A stretch of 64,000 nucleotides of DNA, from contig DATHOE010000037.1 in NCBI GenBank assembly GCA_035485275.1, positions 8,701 through 72,700 on the forward strand, in the 5' to 3' direction. A program made the position numbers and the translations under genes. The stretch's first letter is position 1, and every line of letters starts with the position of its first letter. The stretch is from a bacterium (lineage in GTDB: Bacteria > Oederibacteriota > JAJYGY01 > DAIDJD01). The notes under the pieces were generated by a model. That model had not been told where the DNA came from. It did not search any database and saw nothing but the letters and a program-made list of their open reading frames with translations. This document shows, in pieces, positions 43,184-51,553 of the stretch.

Positions 43184-43951
43184 TCATCGCAGCCTTCGCG
43201 ACAAGAGCCGCGGGCTGCGCGCAAGCATGCCGAAAAAGAGCCGGGTGTGCATCCATGAGATACGCGTATTGTCCTCAAAGGAGCGAAAACCGGAAATCCC
43301 GCCGGCCGGATAGCGTACGGCCGAGGGCAGGAACCGCAAAGGCAGGCCCGCCCAGACCAGGCGCACCAAAATTTCGGGATCAAAATCCATGCGGTCCCCG
43401 GTGGGGCCAAGGAAAGGGAGGGTCCCGGCGAGGGGATAGATCCGGAAGCCGCACATGCCGTCGGGGATCGACCCCGAAAGGCTGTTTACCGCGACCCAGA
43501 AGTTGGTCAGGCGCCGCCAGCGCAAACGGGACGGGGGTGCGTCGGGTCCGAACACGGGCTCGGCGCAGATGACGGCTCCCGGTTCGCGACGGGAGGCGTC
43601 AAGAAATCTGGGCAGGGAGGCCAGGTCGTGCTGGCCATCCGCGTCCACTTGGACGGCATGGGTGAAGCCGAGATCCGCGGCCCAGCGCAACCCGTCCTTC
43701 ACCGCTGCGCCCTTACCCCCGTTTTTTTCGCGGCGCCTGAGGCGGATCGCCGCCCCCGGGGAGTCGGGGCCGGCCATTGCCCGCAGCGCCGCCGAGCACT
43801 CGGCGCCGCTGCCGTCGTCCACGAGGAGTATGGTGAGGCCCAGTGCCCTCAGGGCGGGAAGCTGTTGCCCCAGGGAAGCGTGGTGCCCATAGACCGGGAG
43901 CACCAGGCAGGCCCTGAACGCATCATCCGAGGACGATATGGCCGCTGGCAT
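43184..43951 (-). CDS. Family 2 glycosyltransferase (ApeJ-like)
   Basis: LVLPVYGHH...DDGSGAEC...VDADGQHD show GT-A DxD features. Confidence 0.7.
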   Translation of the reverse strand: MPAAISSSDDAFRACLVLPVYGHHASLGQQLPALRALGLTILLVDDGSGAECSAALRAMAGPDSPGAAIRLRRREKNGGKGAAVKDGLRWAADLGFTHAVQVDADGQHDLASLPRFLDASRREPGAVICAEPVFGPDAPPSRLRWRRLTNFWVAVNSLSGSIPDGMCGFRIYPLAGTLPFLGPTGDRMDFDPEILVRLVWAGLPLRFLPSAVRYPAGGISGFRSFEDNTRISWMHTRLFFGMLARSPRLLSRRLR

Positions 43952-45587
43952 GTCTCCCCTCCTCTGAGGCGTAACGGAATTCGACGCCGCCCTGCGCCAG
44001 CACCAGGGAAAGGGTCACCCTCTGTCCGGGCCTCAGTGGCCGCATGAACTTCAGCGCCCGCAAGCCCCTGAAGGCGCCGTGGACTCCGAGGTGCTCACGC
44101 GCCGCCCGCACAGCCCAATGCAATTGCACGACGCCCGGCAGCAGAGGATGCCCCGGGAAATGCCCCTTGAACCAGCGCAGGGAAGCGGGCAGGAACAGGT
44201 CGATATCGACGCCCTGGTCCCGGTGTTGCACATAAAGGCATTCCGCCTCCCGGGTTTCCTCATCCATGAAGAGAGCCTCAAGCGCGGCCAGCGGATTCTT
44301 CCCCATGGAGTCCGCGGGCAAGGAGTCCACGAAGCGCCAACGTCGCGGAAGGGGCGCCACCCCGTCTTCATCCAAATGCCTGCGCAGTTCCTCGGACCTG
44401 GCCCGCCTTTCGGCCGCGCCTGCCGGAGCGGGATCCTTGAGGCGGACCACCGCGCCCAAAAGGTCCCGGACACCCTTGAGGAGCAGCACCCGGGCTTCCT
44501 CCACGGAGGGATGGGCGGCCAAGCGCCGCTCCAGGCCTGCCAGCGAGACCCGTTTTTCCTCGACCTTGGCGATGCGGTCGACTCTTCCCAGCAGATGGAA
44601 ACCGGGCTCCGCCGGCGTCGCCCGGTCCTCGGAGCGCGTCCATTCCGGCCTGTTTCCGTGCCGGGAACGCAGCGACAGGACACCATCCGGATCAACGCGG
44701 GTTTCCACCCCGGGCAGCGGGATCCAGGGATCCGCCTCAGTGCCACGCCTGCGCCAGCCGACCCCGCCGTTTTCGGAGCTGCCGTAGACCTCGACGGGCG
44801 TCTGTCCCAAAGCGGCCCGGCTGCGGCGGACCGCGTCGAAAGGGAGGGGGCCGCCTGAGGAGAACACCGCCACCAGGGAGGCCTTGGCCGGGGCCAGGAC
44901 CTCCAGGGAAGCCGGGGAGCCGCCGATGCGTTTGAGCAGCGCCGGGGAAGTCACCAAAACGCAGCGCCGTGCGCGGGCCGCGGCGGCCGCGATCTCCTCG
45001 GGCAGGCGCAGCTGCCCCGATAGAAAAGAGCGCGAGGCCGCGAGCGGCCAAAGGATCTTGAACAGGAGTCCGTAATAATGCTGGTGGGAAACCGATGACA
45101 AAAATGCGGCATCGCCCACCCCGTCACCGAAGGCCGTTTCCAAAGCCTCCAATTCGTTTTGGATGCAATGCGACGGTTTGGCGATCGCCGCGGGATCACC
45201 GCTGCTGCCGGAGGTGAAGACCACGATGGGCACGTCGGGCATGCGGGCGGGCCCTGGCGCCGGCAGGACGGGCAGGTCGGGCGGCGGCGTTTCGTCGCCG
45301 ATGAAGAGGCGCCCCACCTTCGAGCGCAATGAAGCCGCCGTTTCGCGGCCATTGTCCCCGGGCAGGTAGACGCTCACCCCGGCGGACCAGGCCCCCAAGA
45401 GGGCCGCGGCGAATTCAAAACCGTCGGCCAGGTGAAGGGCGATGGGATCCGGCGAACCGCTGAGGGCGCTTGCCCAGGCTGCGCGCCGGCGCGCCAGCCT
45501 GCCCCGGGTCTGGCCGGCGTCCAAGCCCACCGCCCGGTCGTCCGCCGGAAGTGCGAGCAGGCCGGGCAGGGAGATCAGAGGGGCCAT
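43923..45587 (-). CDS. AMP-dependent ligase (adenylation) fused to C-terminal FabA/FabZ-like hotdog dehydratase domain
   Basis: AMP-binding motif VVFTSGSSGDPAAIAKP. C-terminal HFPGHPLLPGVVQLHW matches the FabZ/ApeI hotdog motif. Confidence 0.75.
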   Translation of the reverse strand: MAPLISLPGLLALPADDRAVGLDAGQTRGRLARRRAAWASALSGSPDPIALHLADGFEFAAALLGAWSAGVSVYLPGDNGRETAASLRSKVGRLFIGDETPPPDLPVLPAPGPARMPDVPIVVFTSGSSGDPAAIAKPSHCIQNELEALETAFGDGVGDAAFLSSVSHQHYYGLLFKILWPLAASRSFLSGQLRLPEEIAAAAARARRCVLVTSPALLKRIGGSPASLEVLAPAKASLVAVFSSGGPLPFDAVRRSRAALGQTPVEVYGSSENGGVGWRRRGTEADPWIPLPGVETRVDPDGVLSLRSRHGNRPEWTRSEDRATPAEPGFHLLGRVDRIAKVEEKRVSLAGLERRLAAHPSVEEARVLLLKGVRDLLGAVVRLKDPAPAGAAERRARSEELRRHLDEDGVAPLPRRWRFVDSLPADSMGKNPLAALEALFMDEETREAECLYVQHRDQGVDIDLFLPASLRWFKGHFPGHPLLPGVVQLHWAVRAAREHLGVHGAFRGLRALKFMRPLRPGQRVTLSLVLAQGGVEFRYASEEGRHASGHIVLG

Positions 45588-45588
45588 G

Positions 45589-46149
45589 TCACAGCCCCTT
45601 GTCCTGTGTCCCTGTCCGGCCCAGCACCCGTTGGCGCACGAGCCATTCGGCCCCGAACATGATACCCATGAGCCCGTAGGCGATGGCGCCGTTGTAGAGC
45701 GCCCATACCCGGTCACTGGCGGCCACCGCCGTGGCCAGCGAAAGAGCCCCATTTAAGGCGAAAAAAAAGCACCAGGCCTTGGTCACCGTCCGCGTGTAGC
45801 GCACACCGGTTTCATCCAGGGGCCCCTGTCGAAGGGTCGCGATGCGCTCCACCGCGCTGGGCCCCCGCCACAAACTCAGGCCGAACACGGCCAAAAGGCC
45901 CAGGTTGACGCAGATGGGGTAGGCCCTCAAGGAAAGGTCCGCGTGCCTTAGCGCCAGCCAGGCGCAGGCCGCCGTCCCCAGGCCCAGCGCCAGCGATCCC
46001 CGCAGCTGCAGCCAGGGGCCCCATCTCCAAAGCGCCAGCCCCGCCAGAAGGCAGGCCAACAGCATCCGATTTACGCCCGTCCAGATCCCTATCAGCACCA
46101 GCGCCGGGAACACCAGGGCGGCGACCGCGGCCATGGACCGGGACTTCAA
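45589..46149 (-). CDS. Hypothetical integral membrane protein of the aryl-polyene cluster
   Basis: 186 aa with 5-6 TM helices. Its stop lies 1 nt from the downstream ligase start, and its start overlaps the ACP stop. Confidence 0.5.
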   Translation of the reverse strand: MKSRSMAAVAALVFPALVLIGIWTGVNRMLLACLLAGLALWRWGPWLQLRGSLALGLGTAACAWLALRHADLSLRAYPICVNLGLLAVFGLSLWRGPSAVERIATLRQGPLDETGVRYTRTVTKAWCFFFALNGALSLATAVAASDRVWALYNGAIAYGLMGIMFGAEWLVRQRVLGRTGTQDKGL

Positions 46150-46403
46150 TGCTCAGGACCGTTGACAAGGCCGTCGATGACGGAGACCACGTCGTCGAGC
46201 GTCCGCACCGCCTTGAAGGCTTCGGGTTGAATGCGTCGGCCGATAAGCTTCTGCATCTTCACCATGAGGTCGATGGCGTCGATGCTGTCGATGTCCAGGT
46301 CGGTGTAAAGGTCGGCATCCGGCCTCAGGAGCTCGCGTTTAATGCCGAAATTTTCGTGGAGCTCCGATTCCACCGCATGACGGATCTCGTCCCTAGTCTT
46401 CAT
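46146..46403 (-). CDS. Acyl carrier protein
   Basis: 85 aa with a DLDIDSID phosphopantetheine-attachment motif. Confidence 0.8.
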   Translation of the reverse strand: MKTRDEIRHAVESELHENFGIKRELLRPDADLYTDLDIDSIDAIDLMVKMQKLIGRRIQPEAFKAVRTLDDVVSVIDGLVNGPEH

Positions 46404-46514
46404 GATTTCCTAAGCGTAGTTGCGCAAGGTAATATAAGCTGCCGGCTCTAGAAGTGGGCGGCCGCACCCCAATACTAAGTACTGTAGAATAGGACACGCC
46501 CACATTTTGGTCAA

Positions 46515-46541
46515 CCGCACGGGGTTTTGGCCTCCGTGCGG
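46515..46541. promoter_or_regulatory. Stem-loop CCGCACGG-N11-CCGTGCGG in divergent ACP/halogenase intergenic region
   Basis: Perfect 8-bp inverted repeat located 30 nt upstream of the halogenase ATG. Confidence 0.3.
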
Positions 46542-46570
46542 CCCGTGTGTAGATTAGCGAGGATTGAACG

Positions 46571-47830
46571 ATGCCCCTGGACGCGGATGTGTTGATCATC
46601 GGAGCCGGCCCGTCCGGTTCATTGGCTGCGGCCAATCTGTTGCGGCGGGGCCACAGCGTGCTCATCGTCGAACGCGAAAAATTTCCGCGTTTTTCGATCG
46701 GGGAGAGCCTGCTCCCCCAAACCATGGGGCTGTTGGAGGAAGCGGGTCTGCTTCGCGCCGTGGTGGAGTCCGGCTTCCAGCACAAGAACGGCGCGGTGTT
46801 CGAACGCGGCCACGAACGCACCGAATTTGATTTTCGCGACAAATCCACGTCGGGCTGGGGGACCACTTATCAGGTGCAGCGCGCCGCCTTCGATAAGGCG
46901 CTCGCGGATGGGGTCGAACAGGCGGGAGCGCGGATCCTTTACCGCCACGAGATCACGGGCGCCCAGGTGGACGGAGATGCCGCCCGACTGGACCTTCGCG
47001 ATGCGGACGGGAAGGCCCTGCGGCTCCAGGGGCGTTTCGTGCTGGATGCCTCGGGCAACGCCAAGGTGCTGGCGCGGTTGCTTAAACTTGAGAGGCCGTC
47101 CGGATTCCCCATGCGGCAGGCCGTCTTCACCCATGTGGGCGACAACATTCCCCGGACCGGCGGCTTTGACCGTAACAAGATCCTCATCACCGTGCATCCG
47201 GAGCATAAGGACGTCTGGTATTGGCTCATTCCGTTCTCCAACGGGCGGTGCTCCCTGGGGGTGGTGGCGAGCAGCGTCTTCCTGGCTCCCTACGAAGGCG
47301 ACCTGGACGCGGGCCTGAAGGAGCTGCAGTTTCAGGCGCCCGGCCTCAAAACGCTGCTGAAGGACGCCCTGTGGGACACCCCCGCGCGCCAGATAAAGGG
47401 CTATTCCTCCGATGTTTCCTCCCTGTATGGGCCCAATTTCGCCCTCTTGGGCAATGCCGGGGAATTCCTGGATCCGGTTTTCTCTTCCGGAGTCACCATC
47501 GCCTTCAAGTCCGCCGCCTTAGCGGCCGAGCTCTTGCACCGGCGCTTCACGGGCGTCGCCGTGGACTGGGAAGCCGAATATTCAAAAACCCTGCGCCGGG
47601 GCGTGGACTGTTTCCGCGAGTTCGTCGAGGCCTGGTACCAGGGTACCTTCCAGGACATCATTTTCCACGGGAAACACGATCCCCACATCCGCCGCATGAT
47701 CTGCTCCATCCTGGCGGGATATGCCTGGGATCCCCTGAATCCTTACGTCGCGGATCCGCGACGTTTGAGGACCTTGGCGGGAATTTGCGCGCCAAACGGC
47801 CCCTTCGCGGAGGCGGGGAAGCAGCCATGA
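46571..47830 (+). CDS. Flavin-dependent halogenase (tryptophan-halogenase family)
   Basis: N-terminal FAD motif VLIIGAGPSGS and the WxWxIP halogenase signature (DVWYWLIPF). Confidence 0.8.
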   Translation: MPLDADVLIIGAGPSGSLAAANLLRRGHSVLIVEREKFPRFSIGESLLPQTMGLLEEAGLLRAVVESGFQHKNGAVFERGHERTEFDFRDKSTSGWGTTYQVQRAAFDKALADGVEQAGARILYRHEITGAQVDGDAARLDLRDADGKALRLQGRFVLDASGNAKVLARLLKLERPSGFPMRQAVFTHVGDNIPRTGGFDRNKILITVHPEHKDVWYWLIPFSNGRCSLGVVASSVFLAPYEGDLDAGLKELQFQAPGLKTLLKDALWDTPARQIKGYSSDVSSLYGPNFALLGNAGEFLDPVFSSGVTIAFKSAALAAELLHRRFTGVAVDWEAEYSKTLRRGVDCFREFVEAWYQGTFQDIIFHGKHDPHIRRMICSILAGYAWDPLNPYVADPRRLRTLAGICAPNGPFAEAGKQP

Positions 47831-48759
47831 CCGATACGGGCGGGCGGGACGGAGCCGCCCATTGGGCAGAGATGACGGAACTCGGCTCCGCCCTGGGTCT
47901 GGGTTTTCTTTATTTCATTTACCGTTGGTCCGGCCGCTGGCTCTTCCGGCTGTTCCTGCTGCCGGTGGTCGGGTATTTTTTGGTCTTCGCCGGAACGCAG
48001 CGGAGGGCGTCGAAGGAATACCTCAGGCGGGCCGGGGTTTCCGGACCGCTTTGGCTGGCCTTGCCGCGGCACTTCTGGGCTTTCGCCGAAGCCGTCCTGG
48101 ACAAGTTGGTTGCATGGAAGGGCGGCATCCGTTTGGAGGATGTCACTTTTGAGGGCCGCGGGCCGGTGCAGGACTTGCTGGCGCATGGGCGCGGTCTCCT
48201 GTTGATCGGCTCCCATCTGGGGAACCTGGAGGTGGGCAGGGTCATTGCCCGCCTGCGGCCGGGCCTTGTGGTGCATGTCCTGGTCCATACTCGCCATGCC
48301 GGGAATTTCAACCGCCTGCTCCATCGCCTGGACCCCAGCGCGGGGGTCAATCTGGTGCAGGTCTCGGAATTCGGCGCCGGACAGGCGGCCTGGCTGGCCG
48401 AAAGAATCGGGCGCGGCGAAGTGGTGCTGATCGCGGGGGACCGGCGGCCCTTGGGCAAGGGCCGGATTTTGAACGTCGAGTTTCTCGGCGCGCAAGCGCC
48501 CTTTCCCCAGGGGCCCTTCGCGATGGCCGCCGCCCTGGCTTGCCCGGTATACCTTATGTTTTGTCTGAAGCAAAAGCATGGTTTTCGAATCGTTTACGAA
48601 CCTTTTGCGGAGGAGATCCTCGCGGGGCGCGGGGCGCGGGGCGCGGCCCTCCAGAACGCGGCTCAGCGCTACGCCCTGCGCCTGCAGCACCAGTGCCTGC
48701 AGACGCCGTTTCAATGGTTCAATTTCTATCCGTTTTGGTCACAGGAAGGGCGGTCTTAG
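47827..48759 (+). CDS. Lysophospholipid/lipid A-type acyltransferase (LPLAT superfamily, HtrB/ApeD-like)
   Basis: N-terminal TM helix followed by an acyltransferase domain. ATGA overlap with the halogenase. Assignment rests on the overall pattern only. Confidence 0.55.
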   Translation: MTDTGGRDGAAHWAEMTELGSALGLGFLYFIYRWSGRWLFRLFLLPVVGYFLVFAGTQRRASKEYLRRAGVSGPLWLALPRHFWAFAEAVLDKLVAWKGGIRLEDVTFEGRGPVQDLLAHGRGLLLIGSHLGNLEVGRVIARLRPGLVVHVLVHTRHAGNFNRLLHRLDPSAGVNLVQVSEFGAGQAAWLAERIGRGEVVLIAGDRRPLGKGRILNVEFLGAQAPFPQGPFAMAAALACPVYLMFCLKQKHGFRIVYEPFAEEILAGRGARGAALQNAAQRYALRLQHQCLQTPFQWFNFYPFWSQEGRS

Positions 48760-49016
48760 CTCCGGTTTTTTTGGTCCGGGGCCTGCGAGGCCACAAAGGC
48801 CGCCAGGCTGCGCACGTTGGCGAAATGGCGCTTACTTTCCTGCGGATCCTGGGTCATTTTGAGCCCATATTTCTTCTGCAAGGCCACGCCCAGCTCCAGC
48901 GCGTCGATGGAGTCCAAGCCGAGGCCGCCGCCGAAAATGAGGGCTTCGCTGTCAATGGACTCGGGGGAGACATCTTCCAGTCTGAGCGCGCCGACGATCA
49001 GGACCTTGATTTCCAT
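48756..49016 (-). CDS. Acyl carrier protein (second ACP)
   Basis: GLGLDSIDALE motif. Start taken at MEIKVLIVG. Confidence 0.7.
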   Translation of the reverse strand: MEIKVLIVGALRLEDVSPESIDSEALIFGGGLGLDSIDALELGVALQKKYGLKMTQDPQESKRHFANVRSLAAFVASQAPDQKNRS

Positions 49017-49029
49017 TTCCAGTGCGCTC

Positions 49030-49854
49030 TCATCCACGTTCAAGCACCTCATCAAAACGCCGCTCCAGCAGGTCAATGAGTTCCCGGGCGGCAAGCCTGG
49101 TTTGGCCGCCATGGCGTTCGATCACGGGGGCGGTTTCGTACGCTGGGAACGCATGCACGCGCATGAGCATCTTCCGGACGGGCGCCAGATACCACCGCCC
49201 GCCGCGTTCCAAATTGCTCTCTCTGCAGTCGATGACGACCTGCGTCATAGTCGGGGCGCAGCGCAACGCCAGTTGGACTGCTCCGCTCTTTAGGCGCAGG
49301 GCTTTCCCGGGTGTTGATCGGGTTCCTTCGGGGAAGATCACGATGGAATTCCCGGACTCAAGGCTGCTTTTGCACAGACCCAAGGTCTTCTCGCCCCGGT
49401 CGTTGGGGATATAGCCGGCCAGGGACACGGGCCAGCGCATGGCCCAATGGCTTAACAGCGACGATTTCACGAGGCAATCGGCCCGGGGTACGATGCCGGC
49501 CAGCACCACGAAATCGATGAGCGTGGGATGGTTGGCGAGGATCAGCAGGTCTTTCTCCTGCAGGTGTTCCAGTCCCAGTATTTCCAGGTCGAGCACGCCC
49601 AGCGCCCGCATGAGCCAGGTGAAAAAACGGAAGAAAATCCGCGTCAGGGCTTTTCCGGCGCGTTTGCGCCTGCCCCGGCGGTCCGGGATAAGGAACAAGG
49701 GGGCCGCGAAAGGCATGGTCAGAAAACTTCCGGCCATGAAAACGCCGAAACACGCCAAGGTGGCCGCCGTCCGCCACGCGCGGTTGGCCAGCCTCAGGCC
49801 GGGATTCCCCAGGTCCAGCGATGCCTGCCGTTGAACCAATGCTCCTCTCCCCAT
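49030..49854 (-). CDS. 1-acyl-sn-glycerol-3-phosphate acyltransferase-like (PlsC/LPLAT)
   Basis: NHPTLIDFVV (HX4D block) and FPEGTRS (block III). Confidence 0.75.
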   Translation of the reverse strand: MGRGALVQRQASLDLGNPGLRLANRAWRTAATLACFGVFMAGSFLTMPFAAPLFLIPDRRGRRKRAGKALTRIFFRFFTWLMRALGVLDLEILGLEHLQEKDLLILANHPTLIDFVVLAGIVPRADCLVKSSLLSHWAMRWPVSLAGYIPNDRGEKTLGLCKSSLESGNSIVIFPEGTRSTPGKALRLKSGAVQLALRCAPTMTQVVIDCRESNLERGGRWYLAPVRKMLMRVHAFPAYETAPVIERHGGQTRLAARELIDLLERRFDEVLERG

Positions 49855-50693
49855 CCTTTGGCCAGCAGCCGGGCCACCGCCAAGGCCTGGGGCCCGGCGT
49901 CACCTCCGTCGTCCGCGGTTTCGTCTTCCAGTTTCATGTCGAGCGCAGTCCCGTCTTGGTGCCCCAACACGAGGGCGAGAGACCAGCCCGCCGCTTCGCC
50001 GTCCCAATAGGTGTCCAGGGCCTTCGGCGGGTCTTCGTCATGGTATACCGCCAGCACCCGCCCCGCGCCTTCATCCAGCAGCGCCTGGGATTCGAGCAAG
50101 GCCGCCGAAAAAGATTCCCGTCCGCCGGCCAGGGCGCTTGCCGGAGAACGGTCACCCCGGGCGATGGAGAAAAAACCGGCTGTCGCGTTGTGCACCGACA
50201 CGCTGAAATCCATGGGAGACATCGGAGTCCCCTGTGCCAGGGACTCCAAAAGGCCGGTCGAACGCAGGATCTGTCCGTGGCGTGATGCGAAGACGCTGGG
50301 AATGTTCGCGCCCTTGGGCGCCAGGGCGTAGGCCACTTCCAAGGCCAATCGGTCGCTGAGCCCTGCCCGCCGCCGAAGGATGGGAGGCACCGCGTCGGCG
50401 GGCGGCACCGCGCCGCTGGCCGGCCAAGGAACCGCTCTGTCCAGGCGGGAAGCGGACGGAGACCGCGCCCATTCCTGCCAGGCGCTCTTGTTTTCCAAGC
50501 CCGGGGCCCAAGCGGCCCAATCAAGTACGCGCAGCCGCAGTTTCAGGCATAGCGTCCCGTTCCCGCCGTCAGATGGCTCGCCCCTGATAGCCCCTCCCCA
50601 CAGTGCCCCGGATCCCTTTTTTTTCCAGAACAAGGATCCGCCCTTAGACCTGGAAACAATCGTAGCGCTTGGCCCCCTGTGGGGCCAGCCCAA
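49794..50693 (-). CDS. Beta-ketoacyl synthase N-terminal-domain-like protein (CLF/ApeC-like), start uncertain
   Basis: LKLRLRVLDWAAWAPGL resembles the conserved start of the KS-like partner in aryl-polyene clusters. No canonical start codon sits adjacent to this motif. The ATG at 50693 adds an odd 48-aa N-terminus. Confidence 0.45.
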   Translation of the reverse strand: MGWPHRGPSATIVSRSKGGSLFWKKKGSGALWGGAIRGEPSDGGNGTLCLKLRLRVLDWAAWAPGLENKSAWQEWARSPSASRLDRAVPWPASGAVPPADAVPPILRRRAGLSDRLALEVAYALAPKGANIPSVFASRHGQILRSTGLLESLAQGTPMSPMDFSVSVHNATAGFFSIARGDRSPASALAGGRESFSAALLESQALLDEGAGRVLAVYHDEDPPKALDTYWDGEAAGWSLALVLGHQDGTALDMKLEDETADDGGDAGPQALAVARLLAKGWGEEHWFNGRHRWTWGIPA

Positions 50694-50905
50694 TGCATTT
50701 TATCCCGTGCCCCCGGGCGCTGTTTTCACCGCCCCTCTTCAGGCCCAGGCGGGCCAGCGGGCGCAGGGAAGCAGGGGCAAGATCGGCCCGGATGCCGGCT
50801 CAATCCACCCGGGCCTCGGGCCGTCAGGAGCAGAAGCGGCGGGCCGGGGAGCAGGGAGTTCCATAGGACGTCCATGGACGAAGGGCCACCTAGATGAGCG
50901 CGGGC

Positions 50906-51316
50906 CTAATGGTAGCTGGCTTTGATGACGCTGCGAACGATTATTCCTCCGGCCAGGCACAGGCAGCGGTCGCGGCTAGCACTTTCCATGTTCCCGGCAT
51001 AGGTGCGCACGTCGACGACTCTCTCCCCCTTTTGGAGCGCCTTCTTTTGAAATTTCAGGAAACCGCCCAGCAGAGCCCAGCGGCAAGCCTCGGCCTTGGT
51101 TTTATTGAAACCGTTGGTGCTGACATGGGCGCTCTTTTCGTCGCCTCCGCGGGACTTTCCGAAGCTGAAAAGCTTGGGGTCCAAGCTTTCACCCCGCTTA
51201 TTCTCAAGCTGGGCTATGGAGTCGAATGTGACGCTCACCACCTGGTTCTCCGCCCGGACAGGGATCGACGCGCATAGGCTTAGGGCTAGCAGGCAGGCCC
51301 AAACTGGGTATTTCAT
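50906..51316 (-). CDS. Hypothetical secreted protein, first gene of the cluster transcript
   Basis: Signal peptide MKYPVWACLLALSLCASIPVRA. 136 aa. Confidence 0.45.
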   Translation of the reverse strand: MKYPVWACLLALSLCASIPVRAENQVVSVTFDSIAQLENKRGESLDPKLFSFGKSRGGDEKSAHVSTNGFNKTKAEACRWALLGGFLKFQKKALQKGERVVDVRTYAGNMESASRDRCLCLAGGIIVRSVIKASYH

Positions 51317-51469
51317 GGTGGTCTCCGAGGAGGGCGGGATTAAGCGGGGTGGGTGACGAATGCTGCTTTTGCAGGCGGATTCGAATTTCGAACTATTCTA
51401 ACCCATCCGAATGTCATTGGAACATAAGCGTTTATCAGGCGCGCTCATTTTCACGTAGCCGGACCTTCA

Positions 51470-51497
51470 TTGTCGCATAAGAATGATTATGCGACAA
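51470..51497. promoter_or_regulatory. Perfect 11-bp inverted repeat TTGTCGCATAA-N6-TTATGCGACAA
   Basis: Lies ~150 nt upstream of the first gene of the aryl-polyene-type cluster. Confidence 0.45.
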
Positions 51498-51553
51498 TAT
51501 TGTTTTGGGGCATAGCCATCCGGAAACCTGGATGGCTGCCCGCCCAGGCTTCC

